Assembly: GCA_039621445.1 (NCBI GenBank)
Contig: CP154954.1
Coordinates: forward strand, 15,333,805 to 15,397,804
Direction: 5' to 3'
DNA length: 64,000 nucleotides
DNA from: Euglena gracilis
Lineage: Eukaryota
Shown here: piece after piece, positions 1-13,049 of the stretch
Numbering within the stretch: position 1 is the first letter of the stretch
How the letters are laid out: the number at the start of each line of letters is the position of its first letter
The notes under the pieces: model-generated
Seen by the model: only the letters and a program-made list of their open reading frames with translations
Told to the model about the DNA's origin: nothing
Databases searched by the model: none
Translations under genes and position numbers: made by a program

Positions 1-389
1 GTTAACCGCTTTGAGCACTGCTTGCAAGGCGTGTAAAGACATTGAATGGTTTAATGCTCTTTTCTCTTCTCTGTGCAGGATTTTGCTTTTTTTTTGCTTT
101 CTTTGATGCATTCAATGAAGCCTGGAGAAGAAAAAGTGATTTCATCGCCAACTTTGCGGCATGGTATCATTGTTTTTATTGCTTTGGGTTTTTTTTTGTT
201 TGCATTGATGAAAGTGTTTAAGCAACATGTGGAAACGCTTGTTTCCAACCTGTCAACGTTGGCAAAAGATAGATCTCCGCTGGACGCTTTTGAATGTTGG
301 GGGGATATTGAAATGGGACGTGCCATGCAAAAAAGTTCTTTGGGCTCTTGGGATGCAACCAACGAAACAAGCAGGGAATTTGTTCGTAG

Positions 390-710
390 TGTCAATGGTG
401 GTGTGCCAAAATGTGACAGTTTATGGCAAGAAGGCATTACATTCGGCCTTGGTGGAAAAAACGTTCGCATCGAATCAGCATTTGCTGAGGCACATGTGTG
501 ACCAACATTCCGCGGACACTTCCAATGTTCACAGTCCTAAATTATTCACCTGCAGCAAATGCAATGATCATTTTGGTGATCGAGGTAATTTTAAACGCCA
601 TTTTGAAAGGTGTAACTCTTCTGTCCCAAGGACGCCGTCACGCGTGTGCCCTTATTGCAAGCAAGAGTTTTCAAGAGGGCAAAACATGCGGAGCCAATTT
701 CCAGGTTGTG
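390..710 (+). pseudogene. Tandem C2H2 zinc-finger-like coding remnant
   Basis: FASNQHLLRHMCDQH, FTCSKCNDHFGDRGNFKRHFERC and VCPYCKQEFSRGQNMRS in ORF 227-1039. Confidence 0.6.
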
Positions 711-1129
711 TTAAGGCACCAACTCGTAGTTTGTCCCAAAGGCGCGTGTTCTATGAGGAGAGTGTGGACACAGGCATCTATGGGGTTGAGGGTATGGTGC
801 ATGCCGCCGAAGGTGCCGTGGGAGGAATGGAGGGGGTGCAATGGGGTGCAGGGTATGGTGCATGGTGCTGCAGGAGGAATGCAAGGCGCAGAACATGGTG
901 CACATGGCGTGGTGCAGTGGGGTGGAGGGTATGGTACATGCCATTGAAGGTGCCGAGCACGGTGCACAAAGTGCAGCATTGTGTGGGAACAGTTACGTGC
1001 TTCATCACGAATAAATTATCCACTATTGAAATTGGGTGATGAACAATTGGCACAATAGCTGAGTGTCGAGCCCCCGAACGAAACGGAATTTTGATCGTTG
1101 GGTGGATGGAAATAATTAGCGGCGTCATA

Positions 1130-1320
1130 CGGAAATGGTGGGATTCAACTGGGTGGGGTATGTGGGATGAAGTTTTGCAACAACTGGAGAATGAAGAACT
1201 GACGCCAGAAAATAGTACTGCCGTGGCTGCCATTTGGGCTCCCACCTCAATCTTTCGATCCATGGCATTAACAACACGTTTCAAAAGGACGGCTAATCTT
1301 CCTTCGCTTGCATTTTGTGT
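1130..1320 (-). pseudogene. Possible Helitron Rep-helicase linker remnant, opposite orientation
   Basis: LLKRVVNAMDRKIEVGAQMAATAVL resembles the Helitron motif K-vN-l--k-EiG-pmA--yLL. Confidence 0.45.
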
Positions 1321-1479
1321 CCGAGCCGTTCCTCAACTTCACCCAGGACATGACGCAAGACTGATAAAACCCCACCCAATTTCAGAGGGTTCTTTGTACA
1401 ATATCCCACGACATAATTTGCCAATGCCAGCACCCCCACCTCCCCTCCTAGAGTTTGCGCATTTGAGGTATAAGGTAGG

Positions 1480-2170
1480 ACAAAAGATACAAGTTTGCCG
1501 CGTCGTCGATTTGTGTGGTCTCTTTGTTTCCCACACCACCAAGTGGCTATCTACTGTGGGATCCTGTGTTATATTTGCCATATGTTCCAAAGGAATCTCC
1601 TGTAAATCATGTCCACCGGTTTCCATTTTACACGCAACAAAAAGGGGGGGCCTTGTTTCAGCTAAGTGGGACCCACACGCACGCGGCAGTTGCGAACAAT
1701 GGATTAATGTGCTTCAGCACGACAAGCCATTTTATGCATGGTGTCCCTGAAGCCGGAGATGTGCATGTTTGCAAACATTGCCAGAAATCTCTAATTGGGC
1801 CAAGCCCAATTCGACCACCACGATCTGTTGCCAGGGAAAACCTTTTGGCATAAGGTCAGGGTTGCCTGAATTGACAGCGCCGGAGGAACGCCTCATTGCC
1901 CCTGTCAGGACCTGCATCACAATAGTGAAACTGGTGGCCATAGGGGGTGGTCATGGCGTGGGCTGGGGCATCAAGGGAAACACAATCTCTTTTCCCCATG
2001 AAGGGTTGGAGGTTGGAACAAACCATTTTGGTTCTTCCAAATGTGGCTTGGTTGAAAGAAACCCAAGTTTCTGGGGGCAAAGCCCAATGGGATCAAGTCT
2101 TGGCAACTGAACGCTGCAGGGCCAAAATCGAACGAATTTTCACTGTCAATTGGGATAAGTTGAACCAATC
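1480..2170 (+). pseudogene. Helitron RepHel N-terminal remnant (DUF6570-like), frameshifted
   Basis: VCKHCQKSL...PPRSVARENLL followed by LPELTAPEERLIAPVRTCITIVKL...GIKGNTISFPH resembles the conserved pre-Rep region of Helitron proteins (recognised from memory). Confidence 0.6.
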
Positions 2171-3225
2171 GAAATTCACCCCATGTTGTACAATGCAAAG
2201 ATGGCAATGGTACTGGGGGGGGAGGGATTTTGGCCAACCACTCTTGTTCGACGGCATTCAATTGCAGCACGTGCAAAGAATCAAGTGGAGCGGGTTTCAT
2301 TTCAATGAAATCTTCAACAGCACACAGTTGACAAATATTTATGTTGTCAAAGACACCAACTTTCTTCCCATTCTTTCAGCATGCATCCCATAAATTTGCC
2401 ATTGTAAATCCCTGGCATCACATCTCTAGTTTGCCCGCTCTTTTTCCTGCTATGGCAGAATTAGGGGACAGAAAGACAGAAGCACCGTGTTGCACCGCAA
2501 AAAAAACGTTGTAAAAATGAAAAGCTCCCCCCCAAGGGGGGGGCTTGGACATAGGGGGGGGGTTGGACCCTCCCCCCTTCACTTTGGGAACTGAACTGCA
2601 CAGGGGAAGGCAGGGGGGTTCCAGTGGCAAGGGGTAAGCAAGAGGGGGGAGGGCCAAACTCCCCCAAAAAATGGATCATCCAGATTGTGCGACCTGGATT
2701 GACCACTTCGGGGGGGGGGGTTCGGAGTCGAACTGGATGCCAAACCTGGACAAAATTTCTGCAACTAGATCGGTTTTGAACATGTCCTCAAGATGCCGAT
2801 TTGGTGATTTTTGGAGTCTTACGTTGCACTAATGGAAAAAAGATCCACTCCATTGAAGTTTCAAAGGACAACTGTGCAAAAAAACCCAATCCGAATGCAA
2901 AAATTGTCAGAACAGAGGCAAATGATTTAGGATAAAGTGCAAACCTTTTGAGATAAAATGCAACCAAATTGGTGGTATTTGCAAACGTTTTTGAAATAAA
3001 GTGCAAAATAAAAACTGGCTAGACGTGGAAAAAAGTATGATGTGGAATGCGGAAAGTCGGTTGTTTGGTGTAGGAGCTCCTGGCAATTTTTTTCGGACAA
3101 CAAGGTTCTAAGACATCAAATTATTCAGCATTGCAGTGAAAGAAATATTGAAATATTTCACCTGAAATATTTCATGAAAATTTCAGGAATGTTTCCCTTG
3201 GTGAAACATGGACCCTTCCTAGTTA

Positions 3226-3485
3226 CCAACCCCCCCCCTCTATTTGCCCCCCCCCCCCTAATTGGCCAGAGCCCAGGTGGCCAATTAGGGGGGGGTTACT
3301 CATTTCAAGGGAAAATGTCTTTATTCGGGTGTTTTAGGGGGTTCGCGACTGTAAAGGACGGGGTCCAGGTGGCCAATTAGGGGGGGGGTTAGGGGTAACC
3401 CCCCCCTAATTGTCCCCCCCCCCTAATTGGCCAGAAGGGGAGTCCGTGCCGCCCGGAGGGCGGCCAAATAAAGGGGGGGGGTTGG
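3226..3485. mobile_element. TA-flanked MITE (CCAACCC...GGGTTGG)
   Basis: Long imperfect TIRs and internal CTAATTGGCC subrepeats. Confidence 0.75.
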
Positions 3486-4403
3486 TAACCAAGTTAGCCA
3501 CCCAAAATATGCCAAAAAAACAATTTTGGGCTGTTTGGGGACCCCATTTTGACCCCCCCCCCCCGGGGCCCTGGAGACCAGGTAATAGCAAGCTCAAAGG
3601 AGTTCACACAATCCACTCCAAAGAAGGAATTTGCGGACATTCCCACCCCTATTTGACTGGATTTTGAATAGATTTTAATGGGACATGCACGCAATGGAAA
3701 GCCGAAAAGTCTAGCATTGCAAATTTCGCGTAATTTAAGCTTTTGGACCGCGTCAAGGATGGGCCTTCCCACCCAGCCAGCACTGCCACATTTTGGTGAC
3801 AGAGGCAGCCCAACCACACACCACTGCCACAGTTTGGCTTGAAACATTGCCCCGCCCCCGCCCCCCCAGCCAGCACTGCCATATTTTGGGGGACACCACG
3901 GGCAGCCATAATGGACATTTTTTTGTTTTAAAAAAAAACAAAATAATGAGTTTTTTTGTTTCATGTTTGTTGTAATAATGTTGGTTTTTAAAAAAAACAT
4001 TGTTAGAATTAAAAAAAACAACGTCAAAAAAAAAACAGCCCGGCCCACTATGCGGGCAGCCGAGGAAGAAACCATGAACACACCTTTGGCCTGCAACATA
4101 ACAGATATGCGCCAAATTCCGTGGAACACCAAAACTCGCGCTCCCTTTTTCCGAGGGGTTTTATTAAATCAATTAAACCCCTTGGACACGGCAGAGCCGC
4201 TAAATAAAACCCCGCGTAATAATCCCCCCGCAAATTTTGTACCGTTGGTGTTTCCTTGTGCTCTTTTTTTCTACAGATACATTGGTGTCGGTGCTTTTGG
4301 GAATATCCAAGTTTTCTGGTCTTCATCATCGCACGCCAAGCAACTTTCTTTTTGACGAGGTGTGCCTGTTGGTTATGAGCTCACTACCCCCTTGCAGTCT
4401 CAA

Positions 4404-5400
4404 TACTATACTATACTATACTATTCTATACTATACTATACTGAACTATACTATACTATACTATACTATACTATACTATACTATACTATACTATACTATA
4501 CTATACTATACTATACTATACTATACTATACTATACTATACTATACTATACTATACTATACTATACTATACTATACTATACTATACTATACTATACTATA
4601 CTATACTATACTATACTATACTATACTATACTATACTATACTATACTATACTATACTATACTATACTATACTATACTATACTACACTACACTACACTATA
4701 CTATACTATACTATACTATACTATACTATACTATACTATACTATACTATACTATACTATACTATACTTTACTATACTATACTATACTATACTATACTATA
4801 CTATACTATACTATACTATACTATACTATACTATACTATACTATACTATACTATACTATACTATACTATACTATACTATACTATACTATAGGGGGGTCGG
4901 CACGCCGTGGCGAGCCGTCCGGCTAGGGGGGGGGGGTGGGGGGGTTTTGGCGTGGCGAGGGGGTCCCGGATGGGGGGGGGGGAGGGGTGCGCGGGGGTTT
5001 TCCAAGAAAATTTTCTTTGGCGCGGCTGACATGGCGTGGCGAGGGGGTCTGAAAAGGGGGGGGGGGGGGGGTAAAATGGCGTGGCGAGGGGGTCGGTGAG
5101 GGGGGGGGGGGGGGGGTGCCGGCCCCCCATACTATACTATGCGATACTATACTATACTATACTATACTATACTATATTATACGATACTATACTATACTAT
5201 ACTATACTATACTATACTATACTATACTATACTATACTATACTATACTATACTATACTATACTATACTATACTATACTATACTATACTATACTATACTAT
5301 ACTATACTATACTATACTATACTATACTATACTATACTATACTATACTATACTATACTATACTATACTATACTATACTATAGTATACTATACTATACTAC
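4404..5400. repeat. (TACTA)n microsatellite interrupted by a TIR element
   Basis: Near-perfect pentamer runs at 4404-4890 and 5129-5400. Confidence 0.98.
4891..5128. mobile_element. MITE, TIR GGGGGGYCGGCAC, 3-bp TSD ATA
   Basis: ata|GGGGGGTCGGCAC...GTGCCGGCCCCCC|ata, with internal GGCGTGGCGAGGGG subrepeats. Confidence 0.8.
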
Positions 5401-6341
5401 CAAAACATTTCGAGTTTGTTTGTCTGCTCAGCGTCCTACGCTCAATCCTGAACAGCTCGAATGGCCGACCGCTGACTGTCTCAGCCGCCGACCCCACGAT
5501 GCAAACTGAGGGTGATGGCCGCCCCCTGCCACCGACCGTGGGGGCCACCATCAACTTCATTTGAGGGTACAGCGCGGACCCGCGCACAGGCCCCTGTTTC
5601 CCGGTGGCCCCCACCGCCCTCCCTCCAAGACCAACGAAGGGCGTCCATGCCCTCCGTCGGCCAAACGCCTCCATTTTGCCCTAAAGAATCCGGTACTGTC
5701 CAGCCGCCCGTGGGACATCTGGACACTGGGACAGCGAGTCGCATGATTTGATGGAGTTCGGGGTCCCAGGCCTGTCCTCCACCAGTCGTTGAATGGCGAG
5801 GTCGAACGCCACAGGGACACATGGGTCGCCTTGCTGTGACCCAGCCCATGTTTCAACCAAGTCACCAACTGTGGACACCGGGGGGCTGCCCTCCCCCCCC
5901 TTCCACTTCGCGAATGCCCAGGCTCTTTCAGACTGAAAATCAGCCAATTCAGCTCTGGCCGGGTATATAGGCAGTGGGGGGGGGGGGGGCACAACAAGAA
6001 GCCGCAGCGACCTGCGCAAAACGGGTGTGCGTGTTTCAGTTTTGTTTTTTTTTACCCCTCCCCCAACCCCCCAGACTGCAAAGTATCTCACAGTGGACAG
6101 TACAAAAGCCTGTCGTCAGCCCCGAAGTTGTTCCAAAAATATTTTACATTTTTGAACAGTTTTTGCCCAATTCCCCCCCCCCCCCCCGGCCTCCGTGTGG
6201 ACTTGCCCTCAAAACGGCACCGGTGTGGACTATTGACGCGGATAGTGTCATCGACCGTGCCAACGGGGTTGAACAACCTGCCGGGGGTCCGTCAGCCGAG
6301 GACGTGGACGCACTGATGCAGGACTCCGGCATCTGTCCATT

Positions 6342-6773
6342 GGAGGCTAGGCGCGCCGCTCGGGGGGTCTGGGACCCCCCCCCCCCCCCGCGCGGCCCCT
6401 GCGCGGCCGCCCGCGCGGCCGCTCGCCCCCCCTGGCCCTCCCCCCACTGTGCCTAGCATAGCCAAGAAAAAAAATTTTGGTGATAAAATCGCGATTTTTT
6501 GAGGCCCAAAAATGACCAAAAATGACCGTTTTCTGACACAAAATGGCAAATTTGGGGGCCGCGCGCTCTGCGCGCGGCCAAAAAAGTACTTTTTTGGTCA
6601 AAAATGGCCCAAAAATGGTAAAAAATGACCACTTTTTGGACCCGAAAATCACCGATTTTAGGATGCGTTCCACCCGCGTGGCCGCCCTCGGACCCCCCTC
6701 CCCCCCCCCCCCCCCGCGCGCGCGCCCCGCTCGCCCCCCCCCCTCAGCCCCCCCCCCCCTGTGCCTAGCCTCC
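6342..6773. mobile_element. MITE, TIR GGAGGCTAGGC, 3-bp TSD ATT
   Basis: att|GGAGGCTAGGC...GCCTAGCCTCC|att. The internal core is shared with 24997-25290 and 28045-28437. Confidence 0.85.
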
Positions 6774-7697
6774 ATTGGTTGATCCCGTTCTGAGCGAAGA
6801 TAAAGACATGGCGGACGACAGCAGCACGTCAGGCTCTGGGTCTGAGTCCAACGCCACCTACCAGGAGAAGGAAGATGAGGCTGTGGAGAGCCATGCAGGA
6901 GGCTCTTACAGCTGCTCGTCGAGTCCTTCTGGATAGTCGTTCAGGGGTGTTTTCCTGTTTTGGGTCCCCCCAACCTGTTTCCCGTCTGTCCCCGGGGAGT
7001 TCCAGCCACAGCATGGCGGTAAAACGAGGCCGAATTGGCCTTTTTATTGGGTGGTTTTCGGGGTTTTCCAATTTACCAGTGCAGCTGCCAGCCAAGGCTC
7101 GCAAAGTTCTGGGGGGGACGCACCAATTTTTGCTCCAACCAGCAACCAACCCCTCAGGGTCCTTCGGTAAAACAGGTGGCATCTTGCCCCTATTCCTAGG
7201 GCCTGGCGAGGGCCAAGCGACTTTGCACAACAGCATCCGCATCGTCTAACTCGCACTCTTCCCTGGCAGTCTGCATTTTTTGTGTGCTTTCAGTTTCTTC
7301 CCCCCCCCACCAAAAAAAAGGGAGCATGTTTTTTTCCCATTCACTGTGTTCTTCGCCAACTGGGGGCCGAGTGTGGGTGGGAACCCCCACCCCCGGAGGG
7401 GTTGGGCCAGAGATTTTTGAAAAGTTTCAGGACGTGAGGGGGAGAGCCCCTCCCCCGAGGGGGGGGGGGTTGGGCCAGGTGGGTACCTGAATTTTCAGCG
7501 CCAAGCGCTCGGAAATTTTTTCGGCCCAAAATTTTCCTTAAAACCCCCATCAACACTTCTTTCGAGTTTGGTTGTTCCGTGTTCAGACAGAACCGAAAGG
7601 ATGCAGACGATGTTGCCATTTGCGCGTCATATGTGTGGACATTTCTGGTGAACCGCACATTCAGGACGCCATTCGCATTTGTGCGCTTTGTTTTATC

Positions 7698-7869
7698 CAA
7701 GGTTCCCATTTTTTTTGTTTTAAAACAAAGCAAAAAAACTTTCATGAATAAAAAACGGTTTAAAAACGGTTTTTTGCTTTAAAAAAGGATGTTTTTTTTA
7801 AATAAAACACCACAAATAGGAAAAAAACCTGTTTTAAACAACGTGTTTAAAAACAGCCCGGGAACCTTG
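7698..7869. mobile_element. hAT-like MITE, TIR CAAGGTTCC, 8-bp TSD GTTTTATC
   Basis: TSD at 7690-7697 and 7870-7877. Confidence 0.88.
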
Positions 7870-8789
7870 GTTTTATCAACCCTTTTTTGGGGGGGGGGTT
7901 CGGGACGCGGGGGGGGGGGGGGCGCGGGGGGGGGTGCGGGGGGGACGCGGAGGGGAACCGTGACCCAACCACCCCCACACGTTTTCTTTGGCATCACCTA
8001 AATTTGTATGTAATTTTCCTTTGGTCGACCAAAAAAACGGGCCCGGCCAAAATCCAGGATGCGGGGGGGACGTGGGGGGGGACGCTGGGGGGGACGCGGC
8101 GGGGACATGAGGGGAACACCCCCTTGGTAATGATTGTCGCCTTGGTTTTCATGGACCAACTACTTAGTTCGGTTTGGACAAAAATGTTATCCCCCACAAC
8201 CTAAACCCAGCAGGACTGGTCCGATGGCTTGAAAGAAACCCCCCCCCAAAAAAACTTGCACTTGCCCCTTTTTCAACCTGTCGCGTTCGGCAGAGGCCAC
8301 TAACTCAAGACAAAGAAGGGGTCGTGTAGGGTTCCCATCTTGCCTTTGTGTGCTGTGAAAGTGAGGTCCCTCCGTCCCTGGTCATGGTTTTCCCCGAGAA
8401 TGCTGGTTCTTTGGCAATATCCCGCCGGGAGATTTGAAAAAAACTAAGGCCAGCCCACCGCGCGGAATTAATCCCTCGGACGGGACGAGCCCGCGGATTA
8501 AGACACTTTGGTTTAAATCCCCACGATGTCAGTTGCACGCGATGTTTGGCGCACTCCTGTAGGCTCCTAGTTTTGGCCTGGGGGGGAAGTGGGGGTCGAC
8601 CATGGTCGGCCCATAGTCGTCCCGGTCGCCTCGGTCGCCCTCGGTCACCCTCGGTCGTGGGGGGTCGACCGAGAAGGTTGTGGGGGTCGCCCGAGGTCGA
8701 CCATGGTCGACCCCCACCCCACAACCGGACCCCTCCCACCGTTGCAAGCCCTCGGTCGACCCCACTCCATAACCGCCAGTGTCCGCGGG

Positions 8790-9550
8790 CCCCAAAAATG
8801 AAAAAAAAATGTTTTCTATCTGTATTGGGGGGCACCCCTTTGTTGCTCAACTGTCCGAGGGCCCCAAAATAACAAAATCCCTTGTGTTTCCAAGCCGTTT
8901 TGGGGCTAATCCATGGGGGTGGTTCGGGACGCGGGGGGGGACGCGGGGGGGGGACGCGCCCAAAACGACTTGGAAACACAAGGGATTTTGTTGTTTTGGG
9001 GCCCTCAAACAGTTAAGCAAAAAATATGGGGGGTGTTCCCCCCGGGGACGTCCCCCCCCGCGTCCCCCCTGCGTCCCGGATTTTGGCCGGGCACGTTTTT
9101 TGGTTGACCAAAGGAAAATTAAATGCAAATTTGGGTGACGCCAAAGAAAACGTGTGGGGGTGGTTGGGCCATGGTTCCCCCCCGCGTCCCCCCCGCGTCC
9201 CCCCCACTTGGAAACACAAGGGATTTGTACCCTCGCACAGTTGGGCAATAAAATGGATTTGCCCCCCAAAAAGGGTTGGCAACACAAGGGATTTTGTTAT
9301 TTTCGGGCTGAGCAACAAAGGGGATTTTCCCGAAACGGGTGGGCAACACACGGGATTTTGCTATTTTGGGGCCCTCGGATAGTTGAGTAACAAAGGGGGT
9401 TTACCTGTTTTGGGGGGGCAAATCCCCTTTGTTGCTCAGCTGTCTGAGGGCCCCAAAATAACAAAATACCTTGTATTGCCAACCCTTTTTGGGGGTCAAA
9501 TCCCTTTTGTTGCTCAACTGTCCGAGGGCCCCAAAATAACAAAATCCCTT
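8790..9550. repeat. Cluster of direct and inverted GGCCCCAAAATAACAAAATCCCTTG subrepeats
   Basis: Motif recurs in both orientations; related GGGACGCGGGG blocks occur at ~7880-8125 and ~25830-26050. Confidence 0.7.
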
Positions 9551-9593
9551 CAGGGATGATCAATTAACCGTCAAAACGAGAACGAACCGATTA

Positions 9594-9907
9594 CCATCAC
9601 CCCCCCCTGCCCCAAATGACCCCCCTCCCAGACGCAGACCCCGGAGGGTCACTTAGGGGGGGGGGGGGTCACTTAGGGGGGGGGCGGCAAAAAAAGGGTC
9701 TCGGACACCCCCACCCCCTTTTTCGGATTTTTTTGTGAAATTTGTGTTCTCTGGCATCATTTCTACTGGAAGGAAAACTGACGATTCTGAAAATCTCAAA
9801 AAAATCGGTTGATTTTGAAGACTTTTTCTTGAAAAATTTTCCATTGTCTGGGCCGGGACCCCGGAGGGTCATTTGGGGGGGGGGGTCGTTTAGGGGGGGG
9901 GTAATGG
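9594..9907. mobile_element. TA-flanked MITE (CCATCACCC...GGGTAATGG)
   Basis: TIRs and AAATGACCC/GGGTCATTT subrepeats. Confidence 0.7.
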
Positions 9908-10744
9908 TAATTGCGATTAACTGGGGTCCCCAGCTCGATTAACCAAACTGTCCGAGGGGGAAAAAAAAACAAGATAGCTGAAGAAGAATTCCTTGTCGAA
10001 AAGGTTTGGGATCAAAGAAACAAGATGCCAAGGGGCACTGGATTCATTCTGATGAACATCGGCGCATCAACAGATGGCTTAGACAATACGGGAGGTGGAT
10101 GGATGTGGTCGAGGTGCGACCAGGAATGTACAAAAACCAAAGAGGCAAATTCTAACAACAGTCATTTATGACTTCATGACATTTGTAAGATTTTCTCAAA
10201 AGTTATGGAGTGGAAGAAAATTTCATTGGTATGGATTGGCATGGAGCGCCGAGGGCAAAGGTGGTGGTTTTTATTGCTTTAAAACAACCAAAGAAGACAT
10301 TCATGAATAAAAAAACGTTTTAAAAACGGTTTTTTGTTTAATAAAACAATGTTTTTCTAAAACAAAACATGCTTTTTCTGGAAAAAACCTGTTTAAAAAC
10401 ACTTGTTTTTATAAGAAAATCCAGGGTTCAATCCCGGTTTCTGGTGTTTTGTAAGGCATCGGATCCCTAGGAGCCACCGCAGTGGATGCCCTTTTGGGCA
10501 CCCTCCCCTCCAGTGGTGAAAAAGATGATCTAGGCCCCAAGAACCATGCTGCGGTGAAGTGTTTTTTTGGAATTCATGGATATTTGCACCCAGCATGCAG
10601 TTGTTTTTGCCACTTTGGACGAAGTTTTTGTGGGATGGGCGTGATGGTGCATTGACCCGCATGAACTTTTCACAACGCAGGAGGAGTCCGATGCCTGGGT
10701 GAAAGCGCGGCAGGACAAGGTTGGAAAAGATGGGCGCCTTCGAT

Positions 10745-11110
10745 CAGGGCTGGATAGAGGTAGAGGTAGAGGTCAAAGTCCTCTACCTCTATCTCACCCA
10801 CCTCTACCTCTACCTCCACCTCCATGTGGCCACAAAAGGCTCCAAATTTGGCAAATTAGCATCTCAAATGAGAAAAAATATCCGGATGGGTGGTTTCAAA
10901 AATTGCCATAAGAGATTTGTGACAAGAATGGCCAATTTCTGATTTTTTCCATAAAATTGCCTTTGTTCGGCATAAATTTTCTTTGATAAGCCACTTCCCT
11001 TAGAAGTTTGACATTGAGGTGACATAGAGGGATGGTAGAGGTAGAGGTGACCTCTACCTCTACCACTACCTCTACCTCTACCTCTATCCCTCTACCTCTA
11101 TCCAACCCTG
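10745..11110. mobile_element. TIR element with (GAGGTA)/(TACCTC) subterminal palindromes
   Basis: CAGGGCTGGATAGAGGTAGAGG...CCTCTACCTCTATCCAACCCTG; no clear TSD. Confidence 0.7.
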
Positions 11111-11169
11111 CTTGTCCTCTTTTCGGACATACGTAAGTGCGGTGAGCCGGCACGCAAACCCGTCCTGAA

Positions 11170-11510
11170 TCCAAAAATCAGCAAATTCCACCACAAAAAA
11201 CGAAGAGATCCAACAACAAACACAAACCGTCACCGCTGTCAAGGACTCACATGTGCAACACCTTCTCCTCACCACGTGCCTCACCACCTCCAACGTATTG
11301 CGAGCAACATATGTATCTGGCATGAGAGACCAATACACAAAGGACATCTTAATCACCCCATTGAATAAACCTTGAATGTAGAACTCACTGATGAGGCGAA
11401 AACACAATTGTTCCTTCCAACGAGCGAAGGTGATTTTGGATACAGAGACCCCACAAAACAGTGGGCCCCAATGCGATTGGCAGCAGTCAAAGAATACATG
11501 GCCACTTCTT
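11170..11510 (+). pseudogene. Decayed fragment of a second CRE-like RT (thumb region)
   Basis: KDSHVQHLLLTTCLTTSNVLRA and TQLFLPTSEGDFGYRDP...MRLAAV parallel PQSHVQFTLLRFCLSACKVNDLLRA and LQVSLAIRCGGLGISDP...ARLSQV of the neighbouring element. Confidence 0.7.
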
Positions 11511-11841
11511 TGTGGGGGGTGTCTTTGGTGGTGTCATGCAGGATTCGCCGAATGAGGTCAATTCCCTTGCCTGTCCATCCACTCCATGGGTGTGTTACTG
11601 CAGGGATCAGTTTCCATCCAACCCTTGAGCATCGTTGTTCACATTTGCTGATTTTTTTGGGTCTTCTGCTTGCTTGAGGATTGCCTTGGCTTCTTCATGC
11701 GTTGTTACGTTTTCACTGAGACGAGGAGGCGTGAGGACGGACGGACGGACGGATGGACGGACGGACGGCTAGAGAAAATTGCTTTCATCTGGACGGACGG
11801 CTGGACAGCGTGCATTTTGGTCTTGAAGCTCAGATTCCCAA

Positions 11842-12109
11842 AAACGTCTCTTTTGGCCCTCGCCACAAGAGGAACCCCCTTGTGACTCCCTGTGCCGCCA
11901 CAGGTCGCGGGTACATTATACTGTGGGTGTAATGTACAAAGGAGCTACTGAGTGATACTTGTTGTGGAGGTCAGTGGTTAGCGGAAGATGAGCAAAGGTC
12001 ACCTTCAATATACATTGGGCGGGGAGGGGGGCGTTTGTACCGCTTTTGCCACAGGATGGCGTGTTTGTGTCGGGTTTTGGCTTTTGTTGTGTTTTGCTTC
12101 TCTGTGCGT
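11842..12109 (-). repeat. Left inverted-repeat arm (antisense copy of the element's 3' terminus)
   Basis: AAACGTCTCTTTTGGCCCTCG...TTTGCTTCTCTG. By eye it differs from the right arm by one 3-nt indel and about four substitutions. Confidence 0.92.
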
Positions 12110-12206
12110 TTTGGTCTGGACGGACGGACGACTAGGTTGGTCTCAAAATCGCGAGAGAGAACTTATTCCTAATCACTGTGGCTTTTCTGCTGCTGTTGGC
12201 TGTATT

Positions 12207-12960
12207 GGGCCTGAAAAGGCCCCCTCAACACCGCCACTGGCCTGAAAAGGCCCTGGGCCTGAAAAGGCCCCCCCTGCTACAGGGCCTGAAAAGGCCCCTT
12301 CAGCCACTGGGCCTGAAAAGGCCCCCCCAGTTTTTGGGCCTGCAAAGGCCCCCCCAGTCTTTGGGCCTGCAAAGGCCCCCCCCTTTGGGCCTGCAAAGGC
12401 CCCCCATCTGCCAACCATTAAGTGGAACTTTCAACTCCAGTGTCTTCTTTTCGGTGTTCTGCATTGCATCCCAAACTTCTGATCAATTGAAGTGGCAAAC
12501 CCAGTTTTCACAGCACATGTTACACCAAAAGCTCTGACACATTTTGCTGCAGTTTTGACTTGACATTGAAAAACATTTTGCCACCCCAACCCCTCAGTGA
12601 CACTTTTTGCAGCAGTTTTGACTTGACATTGAAAAACATTTTGCCACCCCAACCCCTCAGTGACACCGTTTTACCCCAGTGTCCTGCAAAGTCACTGGGC
12701 TTGCAAAGGCCCCCCTGTGACACCACTTCGGTCTATTGCACCATTTTGACCCAGTGGCCTGCAAAGGCCCTGGGCCTGCAAAGGCCCCCCTCCAACACCA
12801 TTTTGCTCCAGTGGCCTGCAAAGGCCCTGGGCCTGCAAAGGCCCCCCTGTGACACCTTTTTGTCGTGTTGCAGCATTTTGTCCCAGTGGCCTGCAAAGGC
12901 CATGGGCCTGCAAAGGCCCCCCCCCTGACACCATTTTTGCTCTCAGCCTGAAAAGCCCCC
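12207..12960 (+). repeat. Array of GGGCCT-GMAA-AGGCCC hairpin units
   Basis: About 15 intact units (e.g. 12207, 12255, 12282, 12309, 12336, 12363, 12387, 12697, 12772, 12829, 12904) plus degenerate ones. A ~63-bp tandem duplication lies at ~12535-12666. Confidence 0.9.
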
Positions 12961-13049
12961 GACAAACTGGCAAACCATGTTCCTCCACATTTTGGACTGC
13001 AACAGTGGCCCCCCAGCCAGACAGCACATCCACTTTTTGGTCTGCAACA

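Noticed and set aside
4237-5564. Long ORFs of YTILY repeats
   Set aside because: Translation artefact of the stop-free (TACTA)n microsatellite.
11388-11402. Hammerhead-like core CTGATGAG-GC-GAAA
   Set aside because: No room for stem II, no convincing flanking stems, and it lies within a decayed RT coding fragment (LTDEAK).
12207-12960. CRISPR-like array of palindromic repeats
   Set aside because: Units are only ~16 nt, spacers are irregular and homologous to each other, no cas genes are present, and the context is eukaryotic.
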